Below, piece by piece: positions 8,912 through 17,087 of a DNA stretch of 24,000 bases. A program made the translations under genes and the position numbers. This DNA is from Acidimicrobiia bacterium. Its GTDB lineage: Bacteria; Actinomycetota; Acidimicrobiia; Spongiisociales; Spongiisociaceae. The notes below the pieces were generated by a model. That model was not told the DNA's origin and did no database searches. It saw nothing but the letters and a program-made list of their open reading frames with translations. Every line of letters begins with the position of its first letter. Position 1 is the first letter of the stretch. The stretch covers positions 103,391 through 127,390 of the forward strand of contig JBFGLM010000001.1 of assembly GCA_041576165.1 (NCBI GenBank). Reading direction: 5' to 3'.

Positions 8912-10942
8912 ATGCATCCACCCCAACCCAAGAAGGTCCGGACCATCCGCTCGTTGCACGGTGAAGATTTCGTTGACGACTACAGCTGGTTGCGAGACCG
9001 CAACGACCCGGACACCATCGCATACCTCGCTGCCGAGAACGAGTACACAGAGAGGGCCACCGCTCACCTCGAGGATCTTCGCACCCAAATCTTCGCAGAG
9101 ATCAAGACCCGCACTCAGGAAACCGATCTGTCCGCCCCCGCCAAACGCGGCGAATACTGGTATGCCTCCCGCACCGAGGAGGGCAAGCAGTACCCAACGC
9201 ACGTGCGGATGCGGGCCGAACCAGACGGTCCCGAAGAAGTTCTGCTCGACGTCAACGCGCTGGCTGCCGACCACGAATACCTGCGGGTCGGGGTCTTCAG
9301 CGTCTCCCCCGACGGGCAGATGCTCGCCTACTCGACCGACACCGATGGCAGCGAGAAATATACGATGCGGATCAGAGACCTCGCCGGCGGCGCCGATCTG
9401 GACGATGTCCTGGAGAACACGTACTACAGCGCGGCGTGGTCCGCTGATGGCCGCCACCTCTTCTACACGACCATCGACGCCGCGCACCGGCCGGACAAGA
9501 TCTGGCGCCACGCCCTCGGCACCGCGCAGTCGGAAGACGAACTCGTGCTGCATGAGCCGGATGACCGCATGTTCATTCACGTGACGACGAGCCAGGACGA
9601 GCAATATGTGATCGCAGCCGCCGGCAGCCAGACGACGGCCGACGCCCGTTACATTCCCGCAGACCAACCAACGGCCGAGTGGCAATGGGTCCTCCCGCGG
9701 GAGCATGGCGTCGAATACCAGGCAGACCACAGAGAGGGGCGCTGGCTGGTGGTCACGAACGACGATGCGGTCAACGGCCGGCTTCTGTCCGTGTCGGTCG
9801 GCGACCCCGCCGACGTGATCGAGGTCATCCCGCACGACCCGGCCCGCAAGCTCAGCGGAGTAGTGGCCTTCTCCCAGCATGTCATCGTCTTCGGGCGCGG
9901 CGCCGGGCTCACCGCAGTCACAATCCTCGCCGACGGCACCGATCCCCACGACCTCGACTTCGATGAACCGGTGTACACGGTCGGCCCTGAACGCAACCTC
10001 GAGTACGACACAACAACCTTGCGGATCCACTACCAGTCGCTCGTGACGCCTCGCCGCATCATCGACGTGGACCTCACGACCGGCGAGCGGCGGGTCGTGA
10101 AGGAGACGCCCGTGCTCGGCGGTTTCCACTCGTCCGACTACACGTCGTCGCGTGACTGGGCGACGGCCGCCGACGGGACCCGGATCCCGATCTCCATCGT
10201 CCACCGCGCCGATCTGGACCGAACCCGGCCGGTTCCGGTATTGCTCTATGGCTACGGGTCGTACGAGATCCCGGTCGATCCCACCTTCTCGATCCCCCGC
10301 CTGTCGATCCTGGATCGGGGCGTCATGTTCGCGATCGCTCACATCCGGGGTGGAGGCGAGATGGGAAAGCCCTGGTACGAGTCCGGCAAGATGACCAACA
10401 AGGCGAACACCTTCGAGGACTTCATCGCTTGTGCCCGCCATCTGATCGACACCGGCGTCACCACACCTGAACTGCTGGTTGCGCGAGGCGGATCAGCCGG
10501 CGGCTTGCTGATCGGTGCCGTCGCCAACATGGCGCCGGAGCTGTTCAAGGCCTTGATGGCCCAGGTCCCGTTCGTCGACGTCGTCAACACCATGTTGGAC
10601 GAGACCCTGCCGCTGACGGTGATCGAGTGGGAGGAATGGGGCAACCCCAAGATCGAGGAGCAGTACCGGTGGATCCGGGAGTACTCGCCCTACGACAACG
10701 TGGATGGCCGCGAGTACCCTGCGATGCTCGTCACCGCCGGGCTCAACGACCCGCGGGTCAGCTACTGGGAACCCGCCAAATGGGTCGCCAAACTGCGTGA
10801 AGTCGGCACCACACGCGGACCGCTCCTCTTGAAGACCGAGATGGGAGCAGGCCATGCGGGACCCTCCGGCCGCTACGACGCTTGGAAGGACGAAGCGTTC
10901 GATCTGGCCTTCATGCTGGACCAGGTTGGGCTGGCGGGCTGA
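8912..10942 (+). CDS. ptrB: S9A-family serine peptidase, oligopeptidase B (protease II)
   Basis: 676 aa. N-terminal HGEDFVDDYSWLRDRNDP, then a beta-propeller region. The catalytic domain carries GGSAGGLL (Ser), GLNDPRV (Asp) and GAGHAG (His). Confidence 0.9.
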   Translation: MHPPQPKKVRTIRSLHGEDFVDDYSWLRDRNDPDTIAYLAAENEYTERATAHLEDLRTQIFAEIKTRTQETDLSAPAKRGEYWYASRTEEGKQYPTHVRMRAEPDGPEEVLLDVNALAADHEYLRVGVFSVSPDGQMLAYSTDTDGSEKYTMRIRDLAGGADLDDVLENTYYSAAWSADGRHLFYTTIDAAHRPDKIWRHALGTAQSEDELVLHEPDDRMFIHVTTSQDEQYVIAAAGSQTTADARYIPADQPTAEWQWVLPREHGVEYQADHREGRWLVVTNDDAVNGRLLSVSVGDPADVIEVIPHDPARKLSGVVAFSQHVIVFGRGAGLTAVTILADGTDPHDLDFDEPVYTVGPERNLEYDTTTLRIHYQSLVTPRRIIDVDLTTGERRVVKETPVLGGFHSSDYTSSRDWATAADGTRIPISIVHRADLDRTRPVPVLLYGYGSYEIPVDPTFSIPRLSILDRGVMFAIAHIRGGGEMGKPWYESGKMTNKANTFEDFIACARHLIDTGVTTPELLVARGGSAGGLLIGAVANMAPELFKALMAQVPFVDVVNTMLDETLPLTVIEWEEWGNPKIEEQYRWIREYSPYDNVDGREYPAMLVTAGLNDPRVSYWEPAKWVAKLREVGTTRGPLLLKTEMGAGHAGPSGRYDAWKDEAFDLAFMLDQVGLAG

Positions 10943-10967
10943 GCCGGCTCCCCCGGCCCCCGGCCGA

Positions 10968-12548
10968 TCAGCGAATGCCGACCGGCCGCCATCCTGGGTC
11001 GAATGTGGCCCCCCAGCTGTCGGACAAGCGTTGCTCTGCGAGCTGGCTCCAAGCCTGCAATGCACAGAACGGAGCACATTGCGGAGTGTCGCCGTTGCGG
11101 GTGCCCACGTGCACGCAACATTGCATCAGGCGCTCCTCGATCATGTTTGACATGTCCATGAACGGCTTGACCGTGAGCCGCACGATCCGCTCGGCCATCA
11201 GTGTTCGCAGCCGTTTGGCGCCGCCTCCCACCACCGCCCGACCGGCCATTCGCAACATGGCGGGTATTCCGAGGTCGCACGTGCGGCACACGATCTCGAA
11301 CAGGTCTCCGATCGTGGGGTGGGAGAGCGACTGTTGCTCCGACAGCAACCCGAGCAGGGAGACTCGGACCGAATCGCGCAGGTCGTTCATGATGTCGGAA
11401 GACGCGATGGTATTGGACACGAGTCCCAGGTGTTCGCGGAGGCGGTCATGGCCGATTGCGCGTACCAGCGACCGCCACGACCCATCGTCCTGTCTGATCA
11501 TGTAGCCGATAGAGCAGCAATGAGGGTGCGAGCAGGGCAGGGCGGTGAGGTCCTCCCACGTCACCACCCCGGCTGTCTGCGGTCCCAGCCGCCGCAACAC
11601 GCCGCCATGGGTCAGGCGATCGCGGCGATCAATCGGTCCTGAGCGTCCTGAACCAAACTGCGGCTGGATCGACACCCCGCCGACGAAGGGAGTGTCGAGG
11701 GCGAGGCTCACGACGGCGCCGATCTCGTCGTCGTTGACATCTTTTGCTGCCGTCATCGTGAGGGTCGTGAAGACACCGGCTTCGCTGAGCCGTGCTACCG
11801 CTCGCAGCTTCATTGCGCTGAGATCGGCACCCCGATGATGGCGGTACGTGGCCGAGCGGAGGCCGTCGAACTGGAGGTAGACCTCGACCCGGTCCCGTCG
11901 CGCTTCGAGCGCAGCGATCAATGAGTCGTCACGTGCCACCGCCACACCGTTGGTGTTGACCAGGATGCGGGTGATGGGACGAGCGGACAGCTCGTCGAGG
12001 ATGGAGACGAAATCGGGGTGGAGCGTCGGCTCGCCGCCCGAGAGCATCACCACATCGAGATGATCCCCCTCACGCCCGAGGCGCTGGTCCACGTTGGCCA
12101 GCACCTCGCCCGGCGGGACGACACCGCCGGCATGGGGAGCGGAACCGGCGAAACACGTGGGGCAGCGCAGGTTGCACTCACTGATGATGTCCTCGAGCAG
12201 GATGCAGGTGTGCTGGGTCTGCAGCTCGCCCAGACCCTGCCGGTAGGCCAGGGGGATCTGGTCGTAGTTGCCGGGCGTGTCGGGCACATGCAGTTTGGTA
12301 GGGGCGGTCCAGGTCTCCAGATATCTCAAGATCTGCGGATCCTCGTCGTAGAGGGTTTCCACCCGTCCGTGTTCACGACACCCCCGCACCAGCCATACGC
12401 GATCGTCGCGAACCGACAGGTAACCTGACAACCGCTCGACCAGCTCCAGCGGCCGGTCCGGCCACTGGTCGTGGCAATCGGGGCAAAACGCAACGACGTA
12501 GCGGTGGATGAAATCGCCTCGGAGCGGCATCCCTCGGGCCACCGTCAT
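10968..12548 (-). CDS. Multi-cluster radical SAM enzyme with an N-terminal Cys/His ribbon; COG1964/MJ0619 (Tes/GDGT-MAS)-like by recalled motif layout
   Basis: CNLRCPTC (CX3CX2C) is encoded at 12153-12176 and is preceded by QHTC. SGGEPT follows. N-terminal CPDC...GCREHG. C-terminal Cys groups LPCSHPHCCS, CRTC and KPFMD...QCCVH...CAPFC. Start set at ATG 12546-12548, which overlaps the upstream gene's TGA stop (ATGA). Confidence 0.85.
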   Translation of the reverse strand: MTVARGMPLRGDFIHRYVVAFCPDCHDQWPDRPLELVERLSGYLSVRDDRVWLVRGCREHGRVETLYDEDPQILRYLETWTAPTKLHVPDTPGNYDQIPLAYRQGLGELQTQHTCILLEDIISECNLRCPTCFAGSAPHAGGVVPPGEVLANVDQRLGREGDHLDVVMLSGGEPTLHPDFVSILDELSARPITRILVNTNGVAVARDDSLIAALEARRDRVEVYLQFDGLRSATYRHHRGADLSAMKLRAVARLSEAGVFTTLTMTAAKDVNDDEIGAVVSLALDTPFVGGVSIQPQFGSGRSGPIDRRDRLTHGGVLRRLGPQTAGVVTWEDLTALPCSHPHCCSIGYMIRQDDGSWRSLVRAIGHDRLREHLGLVSNTIASSDIMNDLRDSVRVSLLGLLSEQQSLSHPTIGDLFEIVCRTCDLGIPAMLRMAGRAVVGGGAKRLRTLMAERIVRLTVKPFMDMSNMIEERLMQCCVHVGTRNGDTPQCAPFCALQAWSQLAEQRLSDSWGATFDPGWRPVGIR

Positions 12549-12904
12549 GCTCCCGAGAGCGAGGCGACGATCAGCGCCACGCATGTGCCGATCAGCACCA
12601 GCAGCACCCCGAGGCCGAGGAAGAAGCCGGTGAGGAACCTGCCCTGGGCCCGGCGGTAACCCCAAATGGGAATCAGAACGAACAGCGCCAGCGTCACCAG
12701 CCCGCCCAGGGAGGCCGCGCCCCGGGTGGCGCCATCGCTGCCGGTGGCGTTGGCAAGACCGGCGAGGAGGCCGCTGATGAGTGCCCCCCCGAACACCGCA
12801 ACGAGGAACCCCAAAAACCCGGCCGTCTTCGGGTAGCGGGTTACGAAGGATCCGCCGCGGCCGTCGGGACGGCCGGGTCCCGCCGGTGGTGGCTGGTTGG
12901 TCAC
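12545..12904 (-). CDS. Hypothetical 119-aa membrane protein (Pro/Gly-rich N-terminus, three predicted TM helices), translationally coupled on both sides
   Basis: This is the C-terminal part of ORF 12545..13552. GTG 12902-12904 overlaps the TGA stop of the Lgt-like gene (GTGA). Its own TGA 12545-12547 overlaps the radical SAM ATG. Hydrophobic segments FLGFLVAVFGGALISGLLAGL, LGGLVTLALFVLIPIWGY and FLTGFFLGLGVLLVLIGTCVALIVASL. Confidence 0.6.
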   Translation of the reverse strand: MTNQPPPAGPGRPDGRGGSFVTRYPKTAGFLGFLVAVFGGALISGLLAGLANATGSDGATRGAASLGGLVTLALFVLIPIWGYRRAQGRFLTGFFLGLGVLLVLIGTCVALIVASLSGA

Positions 12905-13686
12905 GCGATCCCCGGGACAGCTCGGCCGCGGCGGATCAGGCGCCATGTGATCGATACAACCACCACTGCGAATCCGGTCAGGAGGAACAGCTGGGATCCA
13001 GACATGCCGAACCAGAGGGCCGGGTTGCCCCGGACGAATTCCAGCGCGAAGCGGGCGATGGCATAAGCGCCTACATACATGGGGAAGAGCCGTCCGGCGA
13101 AACGGGCGTCGTCCCGGACTCGCAACAGGAGCACCAGGGCCAGGACGTGGAACCCAATCTCGTAGAGAAACGAGGGATGCATCGGCAGCCCGAGCCGGCA
13201 CTGGGGGCAGAACGGCATCTGCATGGCCTGCTCCGCGCTCACGGCCAGCCCCCAAGGAAGAGAGGTCGTGGTCCCGATCTGCTCGGTGAGGAAACACCCG
13301 ATCCGGCCGATCGCCATACCGAGGGCCACCGCCGGAGCGAAGAAGTCGCCGGTCGAACCACGATATCCGATCAGCTTCTTCGCCACGATCGCCCCTACGT
13401 ACGCGCCGACCAGGCCACCGAGAATGGACCGGCCGGCATGGGTGAAGAGCCCGGTGACAGTCGGTTCGGTCCCTTCGGCCAGGTACCGAATGCCGGTGCC
13501 CACCCGGGCGAACAACCCGCCCCCGACCAGCGCACCGGCCACCACCGTCCATAGTTCATCGCTCCACCGGCCCCGCCGGCGGGCCTCTAGCACGAACACC
13601 ACACCCGCGGCGAGGACCCCGACCCCGATGAAGAACTCGTGGGTCGGGATGCTCAGCCCTCCCACCGTGAAGAGGACGGGGACCAT
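12901..13686 (-). CDS. Divergent Lgt-family (prolipoprotein diacylglyceryl transferase-like) integral membrane protein
   Basis: 261 aa and polytopic. Lgt-like blocks SILGGLVGAYVG, GMAIGRIGCFLTEQIG (compare E. coli GRLGNFINGELWG), HPSFLYEIG and YAIARFALEFVRGNP (the Y-x3-R-x3-E block is conserved). Confidence 0.8.
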   Translation of the reverse strand: MVPVLFTVGGLSIPTHEFFIGVGVLAAGVVFVLEARRRGRWSDELWTVVAGALVGGGLFARVGTGIRYLAEGTEPTVTGLFTHAGRSILGGLVGAYVGAIVAKKLIGYRGSTGDFFAPAVALGMAIGRIGCFLTEQIGTTTSLPWGLAVSAEQAMQMPFCPQCRLGLPMHPSFLYEIGFHVLALVLLLRVRDDARFAGRLFPMYVGAYAIARFALEFVRGNPALWFGMSGSQLFLLTGFAVVVVSITWRLIRRGRAVPGIA

Positions 13687-13745
13687 GGGTTCACGCTAGC
13701 TGCGAACACGCCGGCGCGACCGGCGAGACCCTCACGAAGTTGGCT

Positions 13746-14417
13746 TCAGTCGCGGGCAAGCAGCTGGTCTGCCACTGCGTCCAGGTCGGGCGCGACGATA
13801 TCGGGACGTTCGCTGACGGCGGTGAGATACATACCCGGGCGGGCGACGAACGCTCCCAACGCGCCGGCCCGCATTGCGCCGGTAACGTCCCAGTCGTGCG
13901 CGGCGATCATGCGCAGCTCGCCGATCGGCCGACCCAGCCGCTCGGCCACGGCTCGATACGTCGCAGGGGCGGGCTTGAAAGCTTCCACCATCTCGACGGA
14001 GAACGTCTCATCGAAGAGGTCGGCCAGGCCGGCGTTGGCCATCTGGTCAGCCACCATCGACCCGCTGGAGTTGGTGAGCGTGACCATCGCAAAGCCGGCG
14101 GATCGTATCCGTTCCAGGGCAGCCCGCACCTCCGGGTGCGGTGGCAGGGCGCGCATGCCGGCCACCACCTCCTGAGCAACTTCTTCGCCGAGTTCGATCC
14201 CGGCTCGTCGGGTAACCAGCAGCAACGCGTCGGTCCCCAGCTCGTCGAACGGCCGGTAGGCGCCAGTGAGGGTCGCAACGAGCGAGTTGCGGAGCATTTG
14301 CCCGAACCACACCGGCAACAGATCAACCGTCCCGACTGTTTTTTCAAAGGACGGGCGCAGCGCTCGGAGGTCGAGCAAGGTTTCGTTGACATCGAAGACA
14401 AGAGTTTCTCGGATCAT
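13746..14417 (-). CDS. Type II haloacid dehalogenase-like HAD hydrolase
   Basis: Start re-set to ATG 14417, with AAGGAG 7 nt upstream. HAD motifs FDVNETLLD (nucleophile Asp), VTLTNSS, AFKPAPATY and AAHDWDVTGA. 223 aa. Confidence 0.85.
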   Translation of the reverse strand: MIRETLVFDVNETLLDLRALRPSFEKTVGTVDLLPVWFGQMLRNSLVATLTGAYRPFDELGTDALLLVTRRAGIELGEEVAQEVVAGMRALPPHPEVRAALERIRSAGFAMVTLTNSSGSMVADQMANAGLADLFDETFSVEMVEAFKPAPATYRAVAERLGRPIGELRMIAAHDWDVTGAMRAGALGAFVARPGMYLTAVSERPDIVAPDLDAVADQLLARD

Positions 14418-14496
14418 CCGGGTTCTCCTTGCGGGTGGCTCCAGACGGTCGCTGGCCGCCCGGGCCACGATACGAGTAGCGTGCCGCCCACGAACC

Positions 14497-15234
14497 ATGC
14501 CCGATCTGAGCCTGTTTGTGAACGACCTGGGCGATCCCGTGCCCGCTCTGACCGCCGACGAAATGCGAGAAGTCGACCGCCTCGCCATCGAGGTACACGG
14601 GCCGAGTCTCCTTCAAATGATGGAGAACGCCGGCCGCAACCTCGCCCTGAGCGCACTCGAGCTGTTGGGCAATCGCTGGCGCGATGGGCAACTTCTCGTG
14701 CTGGCTGGGACCGGCGGCAATGGCGGCGGCGGGATCGCCGCCGCCCGGCACCTGGCCAATCGTGGGGCCGACGTGGCGATCGTCGTGACGAACATCGACG
14801 GACTCGAGGAGGTGCCGACGCTGCAGCTGGACATCTTCAGAGGCACCGACGGCCGCACGCTGGGAGGGTCCGAGCTCGCCTCCACCGAACCAGCGCTGGT
14901 GATCGACGCCATAATCGGGTATTCCCTGCGAGGATCTCCCCGAGGGGCCGCACTCGACATGATCGAATTCGTCAACGAAAGTTCGGCGCCGGTGGTGTCC
15001 CTCGACACGCCCTCCGGCCTGGATGTCACCTCCGGCACCTGTCCGGGCGCGGTCGTCACGGCCACCACGACGGTCACCCTCGCATTGCCCAAATGCGGTC
15101 TCACCGCGCCGCAGGCCGGCGACGTCGTATTGGCCGACATAGGGATCCCGCCGATCGTGTACAGGTCGCTCGGGCTGGAGTTCACATCGCCCGTTTTCGA
15201 CCACCGCTATCGAGTCCCGCTGGGCCGCGCATGA
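14497..15234 (+). CDS. nnrE: Stand-alone NAD(P)H-hydrate epimerase (YjeF N-terminal domain only)
   Basis: Start re-set to ATG 14497; the upstream part of ORF 14266.. overlaps the HAD gene. Motifs LVLAGTGGNGGGGIAAARHL, DAIIGYSLRG and SLDTPSGLD. The TGA stop overlaps the nadK ATG (ATGA at 15231-15234). Confidence 0.85.
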   Translation: MPDLSLFVNDLGDPVPALTADEMREVDRLAIEVHGPSLLQMMENAGRNLALSALELLGNRWRDGQLLVLAGTGGNGGGGIAAARHLANRGADVAIVVTNIDGLEEVPTLQLDIFRGTDGRTLGGSELASTEPALVIDAIIGYSLRGSPRGAALDMIEFVNESSAPVVSLDTPSGLDVTSGTCPGAVVTATTTVTLALPKCGLTAPQAGDVVLADIGIPPIVYRSLGLEFTSPVFDHRYRVPLGRA

Positions 15235-15995
15235 CGCCAGCACCCCGCCTCGCCCTCGTCGCCTCACTGGCCCCGGAGGCCCAGCAGGCGGCGGAGCGCC
15301 TGTGCGCGACGTACACATTCGTCGACCGTGACGAAGCGGACGTGATCGTGGCACTCGGCGGAGACGGTTTGATGTTGCGTACCTTGCATTCGACCGTTGA
15401 TCGGCCAGTCCCGGTCTATGGCATGAACCGCGGCTCATTGGGCTGGCTGATGAACCGGTACCGGCCCGATGATTTGATCGAACGGGTGGCTCGGGCCGCG
15501 CCGGTCGTCCTGCATCCGCTCGAGATGGAAGCTGACACCGAGTCCGGCCAGACCCTCCGTGCCTATGCCTTCAATGAGGTGTCGCTCTATCGCCAGACCC
15601 ATCAAAGCGCCAAGCTCTCGATCAAGATCGACGGTGTGGAGCGACTGCCGGAGTTGATGGCCGACGGCCTGGTCGTGTCGACGCCGGCCGGGAGCACCGC
15701 CTACAACCTCTCGGCCGGCGGTCCGATCGTCCCGCTCCAGGCGAATGTGCTCGCGGTCACTCCACTCAGTCCGTTCCGTCCGAGCCGCTGGCCCGGTGCG
15801 TTGATCCGGGACAGCGCCGCCGTGACGGTCGACATTCTGGAAGTCCAGAAACGACCGGTAGGAGCGGTGGCCGATTCAACCGAAGTGCGAAATGTGAGCT
15901 CAGTCCGGATTCGCAAATCCTCCCAGACCGCCCGGCTGCTGTTCGACTCGGAGGATTCACTCGATGACCGGGTGATGGGTCTGCAATTTGGATGA
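15231..15995 (+). CDS. nadK: NAD kinase (short ~254-aa form)
   Basis: Last 254 aa of the 751-aa ORF 13740..15995. Motifs VIVALGGDGLML, NEVSL and DGLVVSTPAGSTAYNLSAGGPIV. Confidence 0.9.
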   Translation: MTPAPRLALVASLAPEAQQAAERLCATYTFVDRDEADVIVALGGDGLMLRTLHSTVDRPVPVYGMNRGSLGWLMNRYRPDDLIERVARAAPVVLHPLEMEADTESGQTLRAYAFNEVSLYRQTHQSAKLSIKIDGVERLPELMADGLVVSTPAGSTAYNLSAGGPIVPLQANVLAVTPLSPFRPSRWPGALIRDSAAVTVDILEVQKRPVGAVADSTEVRNVSSVRIRKSSQTARLLFDSEDSLDDRVMGLQFG

Positions 15996-16047
15996 CCCAG
16001 CCGGGGGCCGGAACCACCGACCCCCGCGGGTGTCCGTCCGTCGCCGA

Positions 16048-16929
16048 TCAGAACTCAACGGTCAGTTCGATCATCTCGTTGGCGCGCAAGATGACCGCCG
16101 GCACCCTGGCGCCCTCCTCTATCGTTTCCAACACTGCGTAAAGGTCATCCGCGGTGCTCAACTCGGCCCCGGCGACCGACACCAGCAGATCGCCCTCCCG
16201 AATGCCCACTTGGCCTGCGGGGCTATCGTCCTCGACCACCCGAACCAGCAGGCCGTCGGCTTCCTCCAGCCCGACCGCCCGACGCATCTTGCGGGCGACC
16301 TCGTTGGGCGCAACTCCCACCCCCAGCCTCACCCGGCTTGCGGCTTGACCCGTCCGCAGCCGCGAGATCGTCTGGTCGAGCGTGGGGCCGGCTGGGATCG
16401 CCAGGTAAAAGCCCTCGCCGAGCCGGTTGGTGTTGATCCCGAGCAAGCGACCGTTGCGGTCGACCACCGGCCCACCCGACGACCCGGGGAGGAGCGGCGC
16501 CGTGTGTTCGAGGCTTCCTCGGATCTTGCGGCCCCGCGGACCGCGGAACTCGCGCTGGGTGCCGGATATGTACCCGATGGTCACCCGGAGCCCCTCCCCG
16601 CCCGGATTACTGAGGCCCAAGACCGGCAGACCGATATCGGGCGTTTCGCCGGCCTCGCGTGAGATCGGCACCATCTCGCCGGTGTCTGCCTCGATGATGG
16701 CCAGGTCGGATTCGTAATCAGCCGCGACGACGGTGCCCTCCGCCCGCCGTCCGTCACCAAAACTCACTCCGACCCCCTCACGGCGGACGTTGTGGGCATT
16801 GGTGAGCACGATGCCCGGCTCGATCACGATGCCCGAACCCCGGGGCCCGCGGCGGCCGATCCCTACGACCGATGGACCCACCTGATCGGCGATTTCGCTG
16901 ATCGCTTGCTGCATTTCTTCCAAGAGCAC
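16048..16929 (-). CDS. S1C (HtrA/DegP-like) trypsin-fold serine protease with one C-terminal PDZ domain; no signal peptide or membrane anchor
   Basis: 293 aa. GTG start with AAGGA 6 nt upstream. Triad contexts LTNAHNV (His), SDLAIIEA (Asp) and GSSGGPVV (Ser). The PDZ-like tail contains GIREGDLLVSVAG. The ORF cannot extend further upstream. Confidence 0.85.
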   Translation of the reverse strand: MLLEEMQQAISEIADQVGPSVVGIGRRGPRGSGIVIEPGIVLTNAHNVRREGVGVSFGDGRRAEGTVVAADYESDLAIIEADTGEMVPISREAGETPDIGLPVLGLSNPGGEGLRVTIGYISGTQREFRGPRGRKIRGSLEHTAPLLPGSSGGPVVDRNGRLLGINTNRLGEGFYLAIPAGPTLDQTISRLRTGQAASRVRLGVGVAPNEVARKMRRAVGLEEADGLLVRVVEDDSPAGQVGIREGDLLVSVAGAELSTADDLYAVLETIEEGARVPAVILRANEMIELTVEF

Positions 16930-17087
16930 CGCACATCCTTTCGTTGCGGTCTGGTCCGCCGCCTCGCCACCGGATCGGATGTCCGGTAGTCGCCGGCCCT
17001 CCGGCCCGCCGGGCCCAGCCAGCCCAGTGGCAGCGGGGTTGAGATTTGCTGGCTGGTTGTCGGCTCCTCGTCGGCCTCCAGGTTGAT

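Noticed and set aside
8819-10441. 540-aa minus-strand ORF
   Set aside because: It lies entirely antisense to the well-supported oligopeptidase B gene. It has Arg/Gly/Val-rich composition and no recognisable motifs.
12905-13552. N-terminal 216 aa of ORF 12545..13552
   Set aside because: It overlaps the Lgt-like gene in another frame and is Arg/Pro/Gly-rich. The GTGA junction at 12901-12904 gives a much better start for the small membrane protein.
13740-15995. 751-aa ORF, the longest in the window
   Set aside because: Only its last 254 aa (from ATG 15231) are NAD kinase. The upstream two-thirds run antisense to the HAD gene and out of frame across nnrE. That part is Arg/Gly/Pro/His-rich, low-complexity sequence typical of shadow ORFs in GC-rich DNA.
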